NCBI GenBank assembly: GCA_016712635.1
Contig: JADJQS010000006.1
Coordinates: 247,716-311,715, forward strand
Length of the DNA stretch: 64,000 nucleotides
Origin: Gammaproteobacteria bacterium
Lineage (GTDB): Bacteria; Pseudomonadota; Gammaproteobacteria; SZUA-140
Direction of reading: 5' to 3'
The position numbers were made by a program, and so were the translations under genes. Under the pieces are notes generated by a model. The model ran no database searches and had not been told where the DNA came from. It saw only the letters and a list, made by a program, of their open reading frames with translations. Positions 32,802 through 42,112 of the stretch are shown here, one piece after another (position 1 is the first letter of the stretch; each line of letters starts with the position of its first letter).

Positions 32802-33417
32802 GGTGGCGGATATCCGATACATTATCCGTTTGTACGCGTGAATGTCATGGTTCTTCTGAAGAATCAGCGTGATCTGGGAGTCACGATGCGTGTTATATCT
32901 AAAACTGCTACGTTATAACGTATAACTTTTATACCTACTCAATGTTGACCGATCATAGGCCTCACGGAAAGAAGCCCAAGCCCAGAAGTTTTAACAATAA
33001 AATATGAGCGGACCCTACAAATGGCGGATAGTGCTGGGCGAAAAACATGGCGATAAAGCAACGCAAGCGTCGCATAACGGCGTTAATGCGGACGGCGATT
33101 GCTTCGCTTAGTCCAATTTATCCCACATTATCAGGCAGCTGGTGCAGATTGCAGAATCCAGGGCAACTGCGCATGCCCCGTGAGCCCTATGCCGTTCAAC
33201 CACTCGCAAAAGCCGACGCGCGATCAATGAGCAGAGGTATTAATACCGAAGCTGTCGCGCGCGGCTTAGCTCGATACTGTTAGACATCAAGGATGTGCTG
33301 TAGCGTGTCAAAGGATCCCTGCGAACGTACCTGCGGGTTTCCGCGCAGAGGGAGGCATCCCACGTTAAGAGACTGCAAACTTGTCGGAAAGCCAAGGGCC
33401 GGAGCAGATCTGCGAGA

Positions 33418-34191
33418 TTGATGGCGATAAGACCACTTTCGCCAGATCCTGTCATACCTCCCCACTTCAAAATCCTGGGCGGGTCCGCTTCTGAAACGGA
33501 AATGTTTGCGGATCTGCGCATTGAGATAAGCGGTATTCTTTTCCCAGGACCTGCGCGCGCTGGCGCTAATGGAGGGAGCTCGGGAGACCTGGCGCAGGCA
33601 TTGCTGGAGGACGGCGAGCTTGATCCAGATATAAAACAAATAATCGAAAGGGAAGTCAGCTCCGGCGGCATAAAGGTCAAGGTTGACCCCGAGTACGCTC
33701 ATGCCCAATCAATTGCGGTTCTTTCCTCGCTGTCTTGTAGATTGTTCTGCTCAGGATGGCTTGTACTCCACAATGAAACAGACACGCCATTCATCACCTC
33801 AGACAATCCTGCGCCGACGATATACCTAAGAGAAGGCGCGTATACGGATATCACGTACGTTCCGTTAACTCCAAAATTGGCTCTTCTAACAAAAAGGGAT
33901 CCGAGAACGCCAGAGTTCCGCCTTGAGGAGCTGGATAGATACCAAAGAACCCAAGATGAGGTTGCGTCAGCAAAACCTGAGTTTGTCCATCTATTGAACA
34001 GGGAAATGGTCAGGTCTGCGGAAATGACTATTCTTCATTCTTGCCGTGACCAATGGCTGGAAGTGAAACCTCGTGGAGGGTCCAAAATAACGTTGTGCGC
34101 ATCCCGGCAGGTACTGGTCAGATTATTCTCAACCGGTATGAGGCATGCCGTGTTGATGTCTAACCATTCGCTGCAGGCGCGACGGCTCTGA
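33418..34191 (+). CDS. hypothetical protein, possibly N-terminally truncated DUF4238-like
   Basis: 257-aa ORF in lower-GC DNA right after AT-rich gap; contains FITSDNP motif reminiscent of DUF4238 but lacks that family's N-terminal HHYVP box; GC hairpin just downstream (34232..34257). Confidence 0.4.
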   Translation: MMAIRPLSPDPVIPPHFKILGGSASETEMFADLRIEISGILFPGPARAGANGGSSGDLAQALLEDGELDPDIKQIIEREVSSGGIKVKVDPEYAHAQSIAVLSSLSCRLFCSGWLVLHNETDTPFITSDNPAPTIYLREGAYTDITYVPLTPKLALLTKRDPRTPEFRLEELDRYQRTQDEVASAKPEFVHLLNREMVRSAEMTILHSCRDQWLEVKPRGGSKITLCASRQVLVRLFSTGMRHAVLMSNHSLQARRL

Positions 34192-34515
34192 CGAGCCGCG
34201 GCCGGGGGCCTCCGGTTCTCTGATGGCTCGGGGTTCGGCGATCCCGAGCCGTCGCCCTGAACTACGGCTACAAACGTTGCTTGTCGAGAGCAAGACAAAA
34301 TGGCAAGGCAGATGAATATTTTGACGTTGGTGCTTGTCGTCGTTGCTGTTGTGGAAGCGGCACTTCATACGATCGGAGATATTTTGGAAATGGGGACGCC
34401 GAACAATGCATAAGTTCCCCTTCGGTCGCCCGATTCGCAAAAGCGAGGCGCTTTTGCTCTCGGCTTATGCACAGCGTTATGTGTAAGAAACCCGGGAACA
34501 CCATCGGCATGAGGA

Positions 34516-34992
34516 TTGAATTTCAGGTCGTCGCCAAGAATGAGATCAACAATTCGGTTCGAAACTTTCGCGGAAGCCCTGAGGCGGCAGGGGAAGGTTC
34601 AAGGCGACCTGAGCAAAAAGGCCGATAGGTGCAAACTCCTTTGCATCGCAAGAATAGATGAGGAAGTAGTTGGCATAGGCGCAATAAAGACAAAAACGAA
34701 ATCAGATTTTTCTGAACAAAAAGCTGATCTCTCAGAACTGAGTGATGATTTCGATTGGGAGCTTGGATATTTGTTTACTGACCCGGAACATACTCGAAAA
34801 GGTATCGCCGGGAATGTTGCGAAGTTGCTGGTTGATGCGCACGGTCAAGATAACCTTATGGCTTCAACAGAAGTTTCTGCCAATCCTGGAATGGTGAGAA
34901 TCTTAGAAACGTTGGGTTTTCGGCATTATGGCAAGCCTTGGAAGAGCGCCATCCATGATAACTACCTCGGTTTGTTTTTGAGGTTTAAATGA
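34516..34992 (+). CDS. GNAT-family N-acetyltransferase (start uncertain)
   Basis: EEVVGIGAIK...RKGIAGNVAKLL acetyl-CoA binding pattern; possible alternative N-terminus in another frame (see findings). Confidence 0.55.
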   Translation: MNFRSSPRMRSTIRFETFAEALRRQGKVQGDLSKKADRCKLLCIARIDEEVVGIGAIKTKTKSDFSEQKADLSELSDDFDWELGYLFTDPEHTRKGIAGNVAKLLVDAHGQDNLMASTEVSANPGMVRILETLGFRHYGKPWKSAIHDNYLGLFLRFK

Positions 34993-35100
34993 TTAGTTGC
35001 AGAGTAAATGATCACATAACAATGGGCCCAAGGGACGCTCCGCTTCGCTACGCGCCCCTGAGCCCGAGCGTCAGGCGTCAATCGAAAGGAAGGTATTAGA

Positions 35101-35781
35101 ATGACACGCGTCCGGGTTGAGAGCTTTACCATCTCGCTTGACGGATACGGAGCCGGTCCGAATCAGGACATCAGGAATCCGCTCGGCGTGGGCGGGACAG
35201 ATTTGCACCAGTGGTTAATCCCGACCCGGACGCTCCAGCGGACCCTGTTCGGCGCCGACGGCGGCACAACGGGGATTGATGACGACTTCGCCGCGCGGGG
35301 CTTCAGAAATGTCGGCGCCTGGATTCTCGGAAGAAACATGTTCGGACCGGTTCGCGGTCCCTGGCCCGACATGAACTGGAAAGGCTGGTGGGGGGATAGC
35401 CCACCCTATCATGTTCCAACGTTCATCCTGACTCATCACGCGCGTCCGCCCATCCGGATGGAAGGCGGAACGACGTTCCACTTCGTCACCGGCGGTATTC
35501 ACGAGGCTCTTGACCGGGCGCGCGAGGCAGCCAACGGAATGGATGTGCGCATTGGCGGCGGACCTGGCACCATCCGGCAATATCTTCGTGCGGGCCTCAT
35601 CGATGAGCTTCACGTCGCTGTCTCGCCGGTCCTGCTGGGCGGGGGAGAGCGGCTGTTCGACGGGGTTGACATGCGCGCGCTGGGATACGAATGCGTTCAG
35701 TTCGTTGCGTCGGAGAAAGCCACCCATGTTGTACTCCGGCGCCAGGGGCACGATTGCACGCCGGAACCCGGCGTCGGGTGA
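35101..35781 (+). CDS. dihydrofolate reductase-family protein (RibD C-terminal domain-like)
   Basis: ISLDGY.AGP...GAWILGR..F...WK.WWGD...HVPTFILTHH..VRIGGGP..IRQYLRAGLIDELH..PVLLGGGERLF. Confidence 0.75.
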   Translation: MTRVRVESFTISLDGYGAGPNQDIRNPLGVGGTDLHQWLIPTRTLQRTLFGADGGTTGIDDDFAARGFRNVGAWILGRNMFGPVRGPWPDMNWKGWWGDSPPYHVPTFILTHHARPPIRMEGGTTFHFVTGGIHEALDRAREAANGMDVRIGGGPGTIRQYLRAGLIDELHVAVSPVLLGGGERLFDGVDMRALGYECVQFVASEKATHVVLRRQGHDCTPEPGVG

Positions 35782-35887
35782 TGGCGGGCCGGCCGCTGAC
35801 CGGCATGGCGTCAGACCGCCAACGGGGGTTCGACGCAGTCGTCCGGAACCAAGCAGACCCTGATTCCAGTCACGATGGAGGAACAGC

Positions 35888-36379
35888 ATGACGAAGATCG
35901 CAAAGAACACGATTTGCCTTTGGTACGAACGCGATGCCGAGGAAGCGGCGCGGTTCTACGCCAGGACCTTTCCCGATTCGTCCATCGGGGCTGTGCATCG
36001 CGCACCGGGCGACTTTCCGTCGGGCAGGCAGGGGGACGTGTTGACTGTCGAGTTCACCGTGATGGGCATTCCCTGCCTGGGACTTAACGGTGGGCCCGCG
36101 TTCAAGCAGAGTGAAGCGTTTTCGTTCCAGGTCGCCACCGAGGATCAGGCCGAGACCGATCGGTACTGGAACGCGATCGTCGGAAACGGCGGCCAGGAGA
36201 GCGAGTGCGGCTGGTGCAAGGACAAGTGGGGAATCTCCTGGCAGATTACGCCAGTCGCGTTGATCAAGGCATATACCAGCCCCGATCGCTCCGCCGCCAG
36301 GCGGGCGTTCGATGCCATGATGATGATGAAAAAGATCGATATCGCCGTGATCGAGGCAGCGGTTCGTGGCCGGAAGTGA
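35888..36379 (+). CDS. VOC/PhnB-like protein (3-demethylubiquinone-9 3-methyltransferase domain fold)
   Basis: ICLWYERDAEEAARFYARTFPDS..VEFTVMGIPCLGLNGGP..KDKWGISWQI, typical PhnB/YecM-like glyoxalase-fold protein. Confidence 0.75.
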   Translation: MTKIAKNTICLWYERDAEEAARFYARTFPDSSIGAVHRAPGDFPSGRQGDVLTVEFTVMGIPCLGLNGGPAFKQSEAFSFQVATEDQAETDRYWNAIVGNGGQESECGWCKDKWGISWQITPVALIKAYTSPDRSAARRAFDAMMMMKKIDIAVIEAAVRGRK

Positions 36380-36454
36380 TATCTGACACGTCGTTTAACC
36401 GCACGCACACCGCCGTATATTTTTGCGTTGGATGTCATTCGTAAGGAGGAGCCA

Positions 36455-36889
36455 ATGGAGGCGCAAGAACTGCATCGCGGTCGTCTGATTGATCACATCC
36501 AGTTGGTGGTGCGAGATCTTTCTGCCAGCAGGGACTTCTATACAGCGATCTTTGGTGTCCTGGGCGTCCCCATGGGAGGTGCTGGCGATGGATTTTTCTG
36601 GGCGGATGAGCTGTTCGTATCAACTGCCGACAGCCAGGCCGCTCAAGGCAGGCTGACCGGGCGTCATCATCTGGCGTTCCAGGCGCAGGACCGGGCCATG
36701 GTGGACGCGTTCTACAGCGTCGCACTGGCCCACGGTGGCACGGATAATGGCGCCCCTGGGGAGCGTCCATACCATCCCGGCTACTACGCCGCTTTTGTTC
36801 TGGACCCCGACGGCAACAACATCGAGGCGGTTTACCATGGTGAAGCAACTCGCAGCGCTGCCTCGGTCCGCATTACGTTCCAGGAGTGA
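36455..36889 (+). CDS. VOC-family (glyoxalase/bleomycin-resistance fold) protein
   Basis: ATG at 36455 with AAGGAGGA RBS; IDHIQLVVRDLSASRDFYTAIFG..HLAFQA..DPDGNNIEAV. Confidence 0.75.
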   Translation: MEAQELHRGRLIDHIQLVVRDLSASRDFYTAIFGVLGVPMGGAGDGFFWADELFVSTADSQAAQGRLTGRHHLAFQAQDRAMVDAFYSVALAHGGTDNGAPGERPYHPGYYAAFVLDPDGNNIEAVYHGEATRSAASVRITFQE

Positions 36890-36949
36890 TCAGGCAGCGT
36901 TCAATGCGAGGCACGCATAACCTCGCATCGGATCAAGGCTCTTGAATAG

Positions 36950-37262
36950 GGCCGCGCCGGCGGCGGCCAGCCGGGGGGGGGCGCGTCTTTTTTTTTGGGG
37001 GCGCGAAAAAATAGCGGGGGGGGGGGTGCGGGGGCCCAGACTGCCCGCAACGCCAGCGCCCCACAGGCCCGGGGGCACCCGCCGGGGGGGGGGGGGGGGC
37101 GCGCGGGGGGGGGGTTTTTAAGGGGAAAAAAACGGGGGGGAGAAAGGGGGACAACCCCCCGGGGGGGGGGAAGAAAAGGGGGGGGAAAAGGGGGGGCAGA
37201 AAAGCGGGGGGGGGGGGGGGGGGGGGTGGGGAAGGGGGGGCGGGGGGGGGGGGCCAGGGAAT
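36950..37262. repeat. low-complexity poly-G/poly-C/poly-A block, probable assembly or sequencing artefact
   Basis: about 310 nt made almost only of G-runs up to 24 nt interspersed with short A/T/C runs; no codon structure; unlike any flanking DNA. Confidence 0.8.
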
Positions 37263-37295
37263 GACCATGATCAACCATACAACAGGAAAGACAAA

Positions 37296-37814
37296 ATGAA
37301 GAAAGGACTGACCGTGACATTGTCTGCGCTGTTATTGATAGCATTCTCCGCCCATGCGGCAGAGAAGGCGACGGAGGAGCGGCTGGACGAGGTCGCCAGG
37401 CACGGGGCGCATGTGATGCCATTCAGCCTGGAGCAGACAACCCATATCTTTACGAAAACGGACCAGGGCGGCCTGCAGCAGGTCATCGTCAAGGACGATT
37501 CCAATACCGAACAAGTCGAGTTGATACGCGAGCACCTGTCAGAGATCGCAACGGAGTTCACGCAAGGAAACTTTTCGGATCCTGCGGAAATCCATGGTGA
37601 TGACATGCCGGGCCTGGCGGAATTGAGGGCGGCGCAAGCGGGCCGGATCAGGATTGTGTATAAGGAACTGCCCGGCGGTGCGGAAATCGACTACTCAAGT
37701 AATGATGCTGGGCTGATCAATGCCATCCATCGATGGTTCGATGCCCAGCTCAGTGATCATGCCCGTCATGCTATTCCGGGTCATTCTCATCATCATATGC
37801 ACGGGAATCAATAA
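37296..37814 (+). CDS. exported hypothetical protein with His-rich C-terminus (candidate periplasmic metal-binding protein)
   Basis: signal peptide MKKGLTVTLSALLLIAFSAHA; C-terminal HARHAIPGHSHHHMHGNQ; no confident family assignment. Confidence 0.6.
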   Translation: MKKGLTVTLSALLLIAFSAHAAEKATEERLDEVARHGAHVMPFSLEQTTHIFTKTDQGGLQQVIVKDDSNTEQVELIREHLSEIATEFTQGNFSDPAEIHGDDMPGLAELRAAQAGRIRIVYKELPGGAEIDYSSNDAGLINAIHRWFDAQLSDHARHAIPGHSHHHMHGNQ

Positions 37815-38054
37815 GCAGAGATCATGACGGGAGTCAGTCCTGACCACCGCGCCAACCGACCGGATGCTTTGCATAAATGACGTAGATGCCGTTCGCGGCT
37901 AAGTCGCACATGGCGAGAGCACTGCGTCGACACCTGTCGCGTCGACCCGCGGGATATGACATTCCCGTGAATCCGGCCTGATCTGGCCGCAAAATTGACA
38001 TATGCACCCGGATATTCAAGAATCGACCTCATTACGCTGGGAGAGAGCGGGGGG

Positions 38055-40232
38055 ATGCTCATGATTATTCGTATCATGCGCGCGGCAGTCGTCGCCATCG
38101 CCATATCAACGCTGCCAGCCTGCAACAGCGGGAGTGACAGTTCGCCGAACAACATCACCGCGGTCGCGATCGTCGTCAATACCCCGGCCCCCCGCATCGC
38201 CTACCCGCTGACGACGACGGTGTCGCTGAGCGCGGATCAGCCGGCAGAGAACGTCACCGTCTCGCTGTTCGCCATCGACGAAACCTCCGATCCCAACGCC
38301 GAAGTCAGGCAGATCCCGCTGGGCACCGAGGTCATCGAGGACCTGCCGGCGGGGAGCAGTGACCACGAGCTGAACGTCAACGTGCCCTCCAGCGTGGAGA
38401 TCAGCGGCCCGTATCACATCGCCGTCGTGGTCGATCCGGTGGAAGAGATCGCGGAGGGGGACGAGGAGGACAACACCGCCTCGGTCCAGGTCACGCTGGC
38501 GCCGACCATTGATCCGAACGTCCTGCTGTCCGGGGTGGAGCTGGATCGTACCGCACTGATCATCAATACCGATGAATACGCCGACCAGGTGGATGGCTCC
38601 CCCGGAAACGTGCACAACGCCGATGCCGGCGGCACCATCACGGTGGGCTCCGACGGGCTGGAGGTCGGCGAGACAGTCGACATCGAGGGCTTTGCCAGCC
38701 TGCGCATCACGCGTACCGATAACAACACGACGCTCGACGTGCCGCTGTACCTGTGGAACTCCGACGAGCAGCGCTACATGAACGCCTACGGCATTGATCC
38801 CGATACCAGCGTGCAGGGCGCGGTCGAGTGGCTGCCGCTGGGCACGTTCACGCCGCAACTGGCGGAGATAATCGGTGAGGAGGCCGAGCTGGATGACATC
38901 GAGCGGAACTCCGAGCACATGGATTTCTATTTCCCCGGCAAGCTGGGCTTCGAACTCGAGCAGGCGCTGCGTTATCCGCCGATACCGTGTACCGGCACCT
39001 GTACGAATACCGCGACGCCGCCGACCATACCGCCGCCGGATCTCACCGCGGCCGCGATCGACCAGCTGAGAAGCTTCCTATCCGGTCTGCCCTTCAGCGG
39101 TGTGCGGGGCGATGAAAGCACCAGCCTGGCCGCGCTGGATTTCGCGGTGTGCGTCAGGATCCGTCCAGCGGATCTGTCGGTCACCGACAGTGACGCGTCG
39201 GATAACGAGGCCTGTCCGTCTCTGGAAATATTTCTGCCGCCCCTGCCGCCCGGCACCCCCTTGTATAACACCGGCAGCTACGTGCCCCTCCACGATACGC
39301 CTTCCGAGCCGCTGACCTCGGGTGACGGTTTCGCCACGAAGAACAACAACCCGCATTTCGCCTTCAATCTCGATTTCGGCGCCGGCGCCACGGCGGATAA
39401 CCGGGGGTATATCGAGACCATCACCGCCGGTATTCCCGTTACTCTGCTCGGCCAGGATTTCGACTTCTATCGTGTAACGGCGCGCGCGCAACTGGTTCCC
39501 GATTACCTGAACAAGCCGTCGTCGGACCAATCGGGATTCTCCTATGAAATACGCTTCCTGAACCAGGTGATCGAAGCGATACCGCCGATCACGGCCTCCA
39601 TATCCGGCAGCCTGATCTCGTATTCGAAGGAGATCGAGAAGGAACAGCAGTTCTTCGTCGGTCCGGTCCCGATGATCGCCGGCGCCTCCGTCGGCGGCAG
39701 TATCGGGCTGGAGCTTACCGTCGGCTATGCCGACGATGACGCGCCGGTTTTCGGCGGCGGCAACGCCGTGGTGTCGCTGGGCAGCTCCATCGGCCCGTTC
39801 GCCAACCTCGAGGCGGCCATGTTCGCCGGTGTCGGAACCGTGGTGTTCGCGGTGGGCGTTGAAGGTGTGCTGGTGCTGCTCGATGAAAGGCTCGTGTATT
39901 TCATCGGTACCGAGATCGAGGTCATCGATGACGGCTTCACCAGCGGCGATGTCGAATTCATGATCACCCAGCTGCAGAAGCTGAGCAATATCTTCACCGG
40001 TCCGCAGGGCAAGATCAACCTGTTCGCCAAATACTCCGTGCCGGCGATCAGGACCTGCAAATGGGGGTTCGTCAAGGTGCCATGCCTGAAGCTGGTCACG
40101 ATCAAGGCGACCAAGAACATCTACAGCACGCCGGCCTTGTTCCGCCGCGAGGACGTCCTGTTCGAAGACCCGTTCGCCCAGCTCGACGTGGTCATCGTGA
40201 GCGGCCAGTCGCCGGCGTACTTCGTGCCTTGA
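38055..40232 (+). CDS. large lipoprotein with N-terminal CARDB-like domain and Gly-rich amphipathic C-terminal region
   Basis: ATG 38055 after purine-rich RBS; lipobox LPAC; VVDPVEEIAEGDEEDNT resembles CARDB VDPxNxVxExNExNN; C-terminal 200 aa Gly/Ala/Val-rich alternating pattern. Confidence 0.7.
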   Translation: MLMIIRIMRAAVVAIAISTLPACNSGSDSSPNNITAVAIVVNTPAPRIAYPLTTTVSLSADQPAENVTVSLFAIDETSDPNAEVRQIPLGTEVIEDLPAGSSDHELNVNVPSSVEISGPYHIAVVVDPVEEIAEGDEEDNTASVQVTLAPTIDPNVLLSGVELDRTALIINTDEYADQVDGSPGNVHNADAGGTITVGSDGLEVGETVDIEGFASLRITRTDNNTTLDVPLYLWNSDEQRYMNAYGIDPDTSVQGAVEWLPLGTFTPQLAEIIGEEAELDDIERNSEHMDFYFPGKLGFELEQALRYPPIPCTGTCTNTATPPTIPPPDLTAAAIDQLRSFLSGLPFSGVRGDESTSLAALDFAVCVRIRPADLSVTDSDASDNEACPSLEIFLPPLPPGTPLYNTGSYVPLHDTPSEPLTSGDGFATKNNNPHFAFNLDFGAGATADNRGYIETITAGIPVTLLGQDFDFYRVTARAQLVPDYLNKPSSDQSGFSYEIRFLNQVIEAIPPITASISGSLISYSKEIEKEQQFFVGPVPMIAGASVGGSIGLELTVGYADDDAPVFGGGNAVVSLGSSIGPFANLEAAMFAGVGTVVFAVGVEGVLVLLDERLVYFIGTEIEVIDDGFTSGDVEFMITQLQKLSNIFTGPQGKINLFAKYSVPAIRTCKWGFVKVPCLKLVTIKATKNIYSTPALFRREDVLFEDPFAQLDVVIVSGQSPAYFVP

Positions 40233-40237
40233 TGTGA

Positions 40238-42058
40238 ATGAAACGGCGCTGGATACTGCCGGCTGCGCTGGCGCTGGTACTGGGCGCGGGCATACTGCTT
40301 GCGGTATGGATCCCGGGTTCCCCGGATAGAAATCCTTCGGTACCGCCGCAGGCCGCCGCGCCGGATGGCCTGGCGGTCCCATCAATGCAATGGCGCCCAG
40401 GCGTATCCCAGCAGTACCGGGTGTTGTCCGAGTCCACCATGCAGATGCAGGCCGCGACGAACGGCGCCTCGTCCATACAGGTGAATCTGCGCGGCCTGCT
40501 CGATACCCTGACCCTGGAGGCTGATGCCGGCCACGCCCTGGTCGGCATGCGGCTGTCATCGGCCGAGCTGAAGATCAGCGGTACGATGGACGCCGAAACC
40601 AATCGCGCGCTCGGCGTGCCGTTCAGGGTGCGCTTCGCCGCCAACGGCATGCCGCAGGCCTTCGAGTTTCCCGCCGAAGTCAATCAGCAGAACCGCCGCA
40701 TCCTCGAGGGCCTGGTGCGCACCTTCCAGGTCAGCCTCGACCGCGGCGATACCTGGGTGACGCAGGAGAACAATGCCTCGGGGACGTACGAGGCCGCCTA
40801 CCGGCGCAGCGGCCCGAACGCCTTCGAGAAGACCAAGCGCCGGTTCACCGCCACGGCAGCCGGCATGATCGGCTGGTCGGAGGCCGGTTCCACGGAGACA
40901 TTCAGCATCGAGCCGGGCCGGGACTGGATCGCGGCGATGGACGTGGCGGAGAACATGAGTTCCGCAGGCCAGGGCGGGCCGGCGATTAAGGTCAGCAATC
41001 ACGCAACACTGAAGCTGAACGAGGGTGCGCGAGCGACACTTGCGGCAAAGTTGTGGAACTTCGAGGCCGCTGCCGCTGTCGATGGCAGCGCCATGATGAG
41101 GGACATCGTGCCGGCAATGACGGCGGAAGAGGCGCGCAGGGAGATTCAGGCGACCATCCCGGTGCTGGATGCCGCCGCGCAGGGGCGGCTGGCGCAGATC
41201 CATCGCCTGCGTGACCTGTTGCGCGTGGATGCCTCCCTGCCCGCGATCATTCTGGACATTTTGAAGACGCAGGAGCTCAGCGACCGGACCCGCGCCGACC
41301 TTTACCTGGCGCTGGAGTTGGCCGGTACCGATAGCGCGCAGGCGGCGCTGGTCGGGGTGATCAGTGACAGCAGCTGGTCGCTCAAGGACGGCATGCGCGC
41401 CATCGTCGCGCTGGGCGGGGTCAGGCAGCCTACCGCGGAGGGAATCACGGCGCTGTGGGACGCGACGCAGAACTATGCGGGCGGTGAACGCCAGCGGATG
41501 GCGAGCTCGGCCGCGTTCGCACTGGGCAGTATCGGCAGCACGCTGCACAAGGCCGATGATCCCGGCTACGCCACGCTGCGTTCGGACCTGCTCGGAAATG
41601 CGCTGGGTTCCGGTGATGCGGCAACCCGCAGCGACTACATCATCGCCCTCGGCAACACGCAGGACCCGACACTGGCAGGCGATGTCGCCGGATTGCTCAA
41701 TGATTCCGAGCCGTCGGTACGCCGTGCGGCAGCGCTGTCGCTGGGTTCCCTGGGCGCCGACCCGGTCGCCGACCGGCTGGTCTCCCGCTTCCGCGCGGAG
41801 GACAATGTCTATGTGCGCGGCGCGATCGCCGAGTCGCTGCAAACGTGGACGGAACCCACCGAGTCCGCGATGGCGATGTTCAGGCAGGCGGTGCGCACGG
41901 AGGTCGACGAAAGCACACGCTACAACATTGCGCTCCTGCTGGGCGACAACCTGGCGAGATTCCCAGCGAATGAGCCGGTGCTCAGGGAGGTCATGCGTGC
42001 CGAACCGTCGAAGCGCATCCGGCAGAAGGTTGCCGAGGCGCTTTCCATAAAACAATAA
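40238..42058 (+). CDS. exported HEAT-repeat (PBS-lyase-like) protein with ~300-aa N-terminal domain of unknown function
   Basis: starts 6 nt after lipoprotein stop; N-terminal signal/anchor; C-terminal repeats DSEPSVRRAAALSLGSLG / DNVYVRGAIAESL / DESTRYNIALLLG typical of HEAT_2/PBS lyase repeats. Confidence 0.7.
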   Translation: MKRRWILPAALALVLGAGILLAVWIPGSPDRNPSVPPQAAAPDGLAVPSMQWRPGVSQQYRVLSESTMQMQAATNGASSIQVNLRGLLDTLTLEADAGHALVGMRLSSAELKISGTMDAETNRALGVPFRVRFAANGMPQAFEFPAEVNQQNRRILEGLVRTFQVSLDRGDTWVTQENNASGTYEAAYRRSGPNAFEKTKRRFTATAAGMIGWSEAGSTETFSIEPGRDWIAAMDVAENMSSAGQGGPAIKVSNHATLKLNEGARATLAAKLWNFEAAAAVDGSAMMRDIVPAMTAEEARREIQATIPVLDAAAQGRLAQIHRLRDLLRVDASLPAIILDILKTQELSDRTRADLYLALELAGTDSAQAALVGVISDSSWSLKDGMRAIVALGGVRQPTAEGITALWDATQNYAGGERQRMASSAAFALGSIGSTLHKADDPGYATLRSDLLGNALGSGDAATRSDYIIALGNTQDPTLAGDVAGLLNDSEPSVRRAAALSLGSLGADPVADRLVSRFRAEDNVYVRGAIAESLQTWTEPTESAMAMFRQAVRTEVDESTRYNIALLLGDNLARFPANEPVLREVMRAEPSKRIRQKVAEALSIKQ

Positions 42059-42112
42059 CAGGCCGGAATCACATTTCACGAGGGAGCAGGGCGAGGGGTT
42101 GGATCAGCAGAT

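Noticed and set aside
32802-33417. Looked for a tRNA/tmRNA gene or integrase fragment at the tilS-island junction
   Set aside because: No T-loop (GTTCGAATC-like) or acceptor-stem structure found. ORF 33047..33283 has no integrase-like motifs.
36933-37274. Pro-rich 113-aa ORF (and 36901..37422 minus ORF, 36995..37264 plus ORF)
   Set aside because: They lie wholly inside the poly-G/poly-C artefact block. Their composition is dictated by the homopolymers, not by coding.
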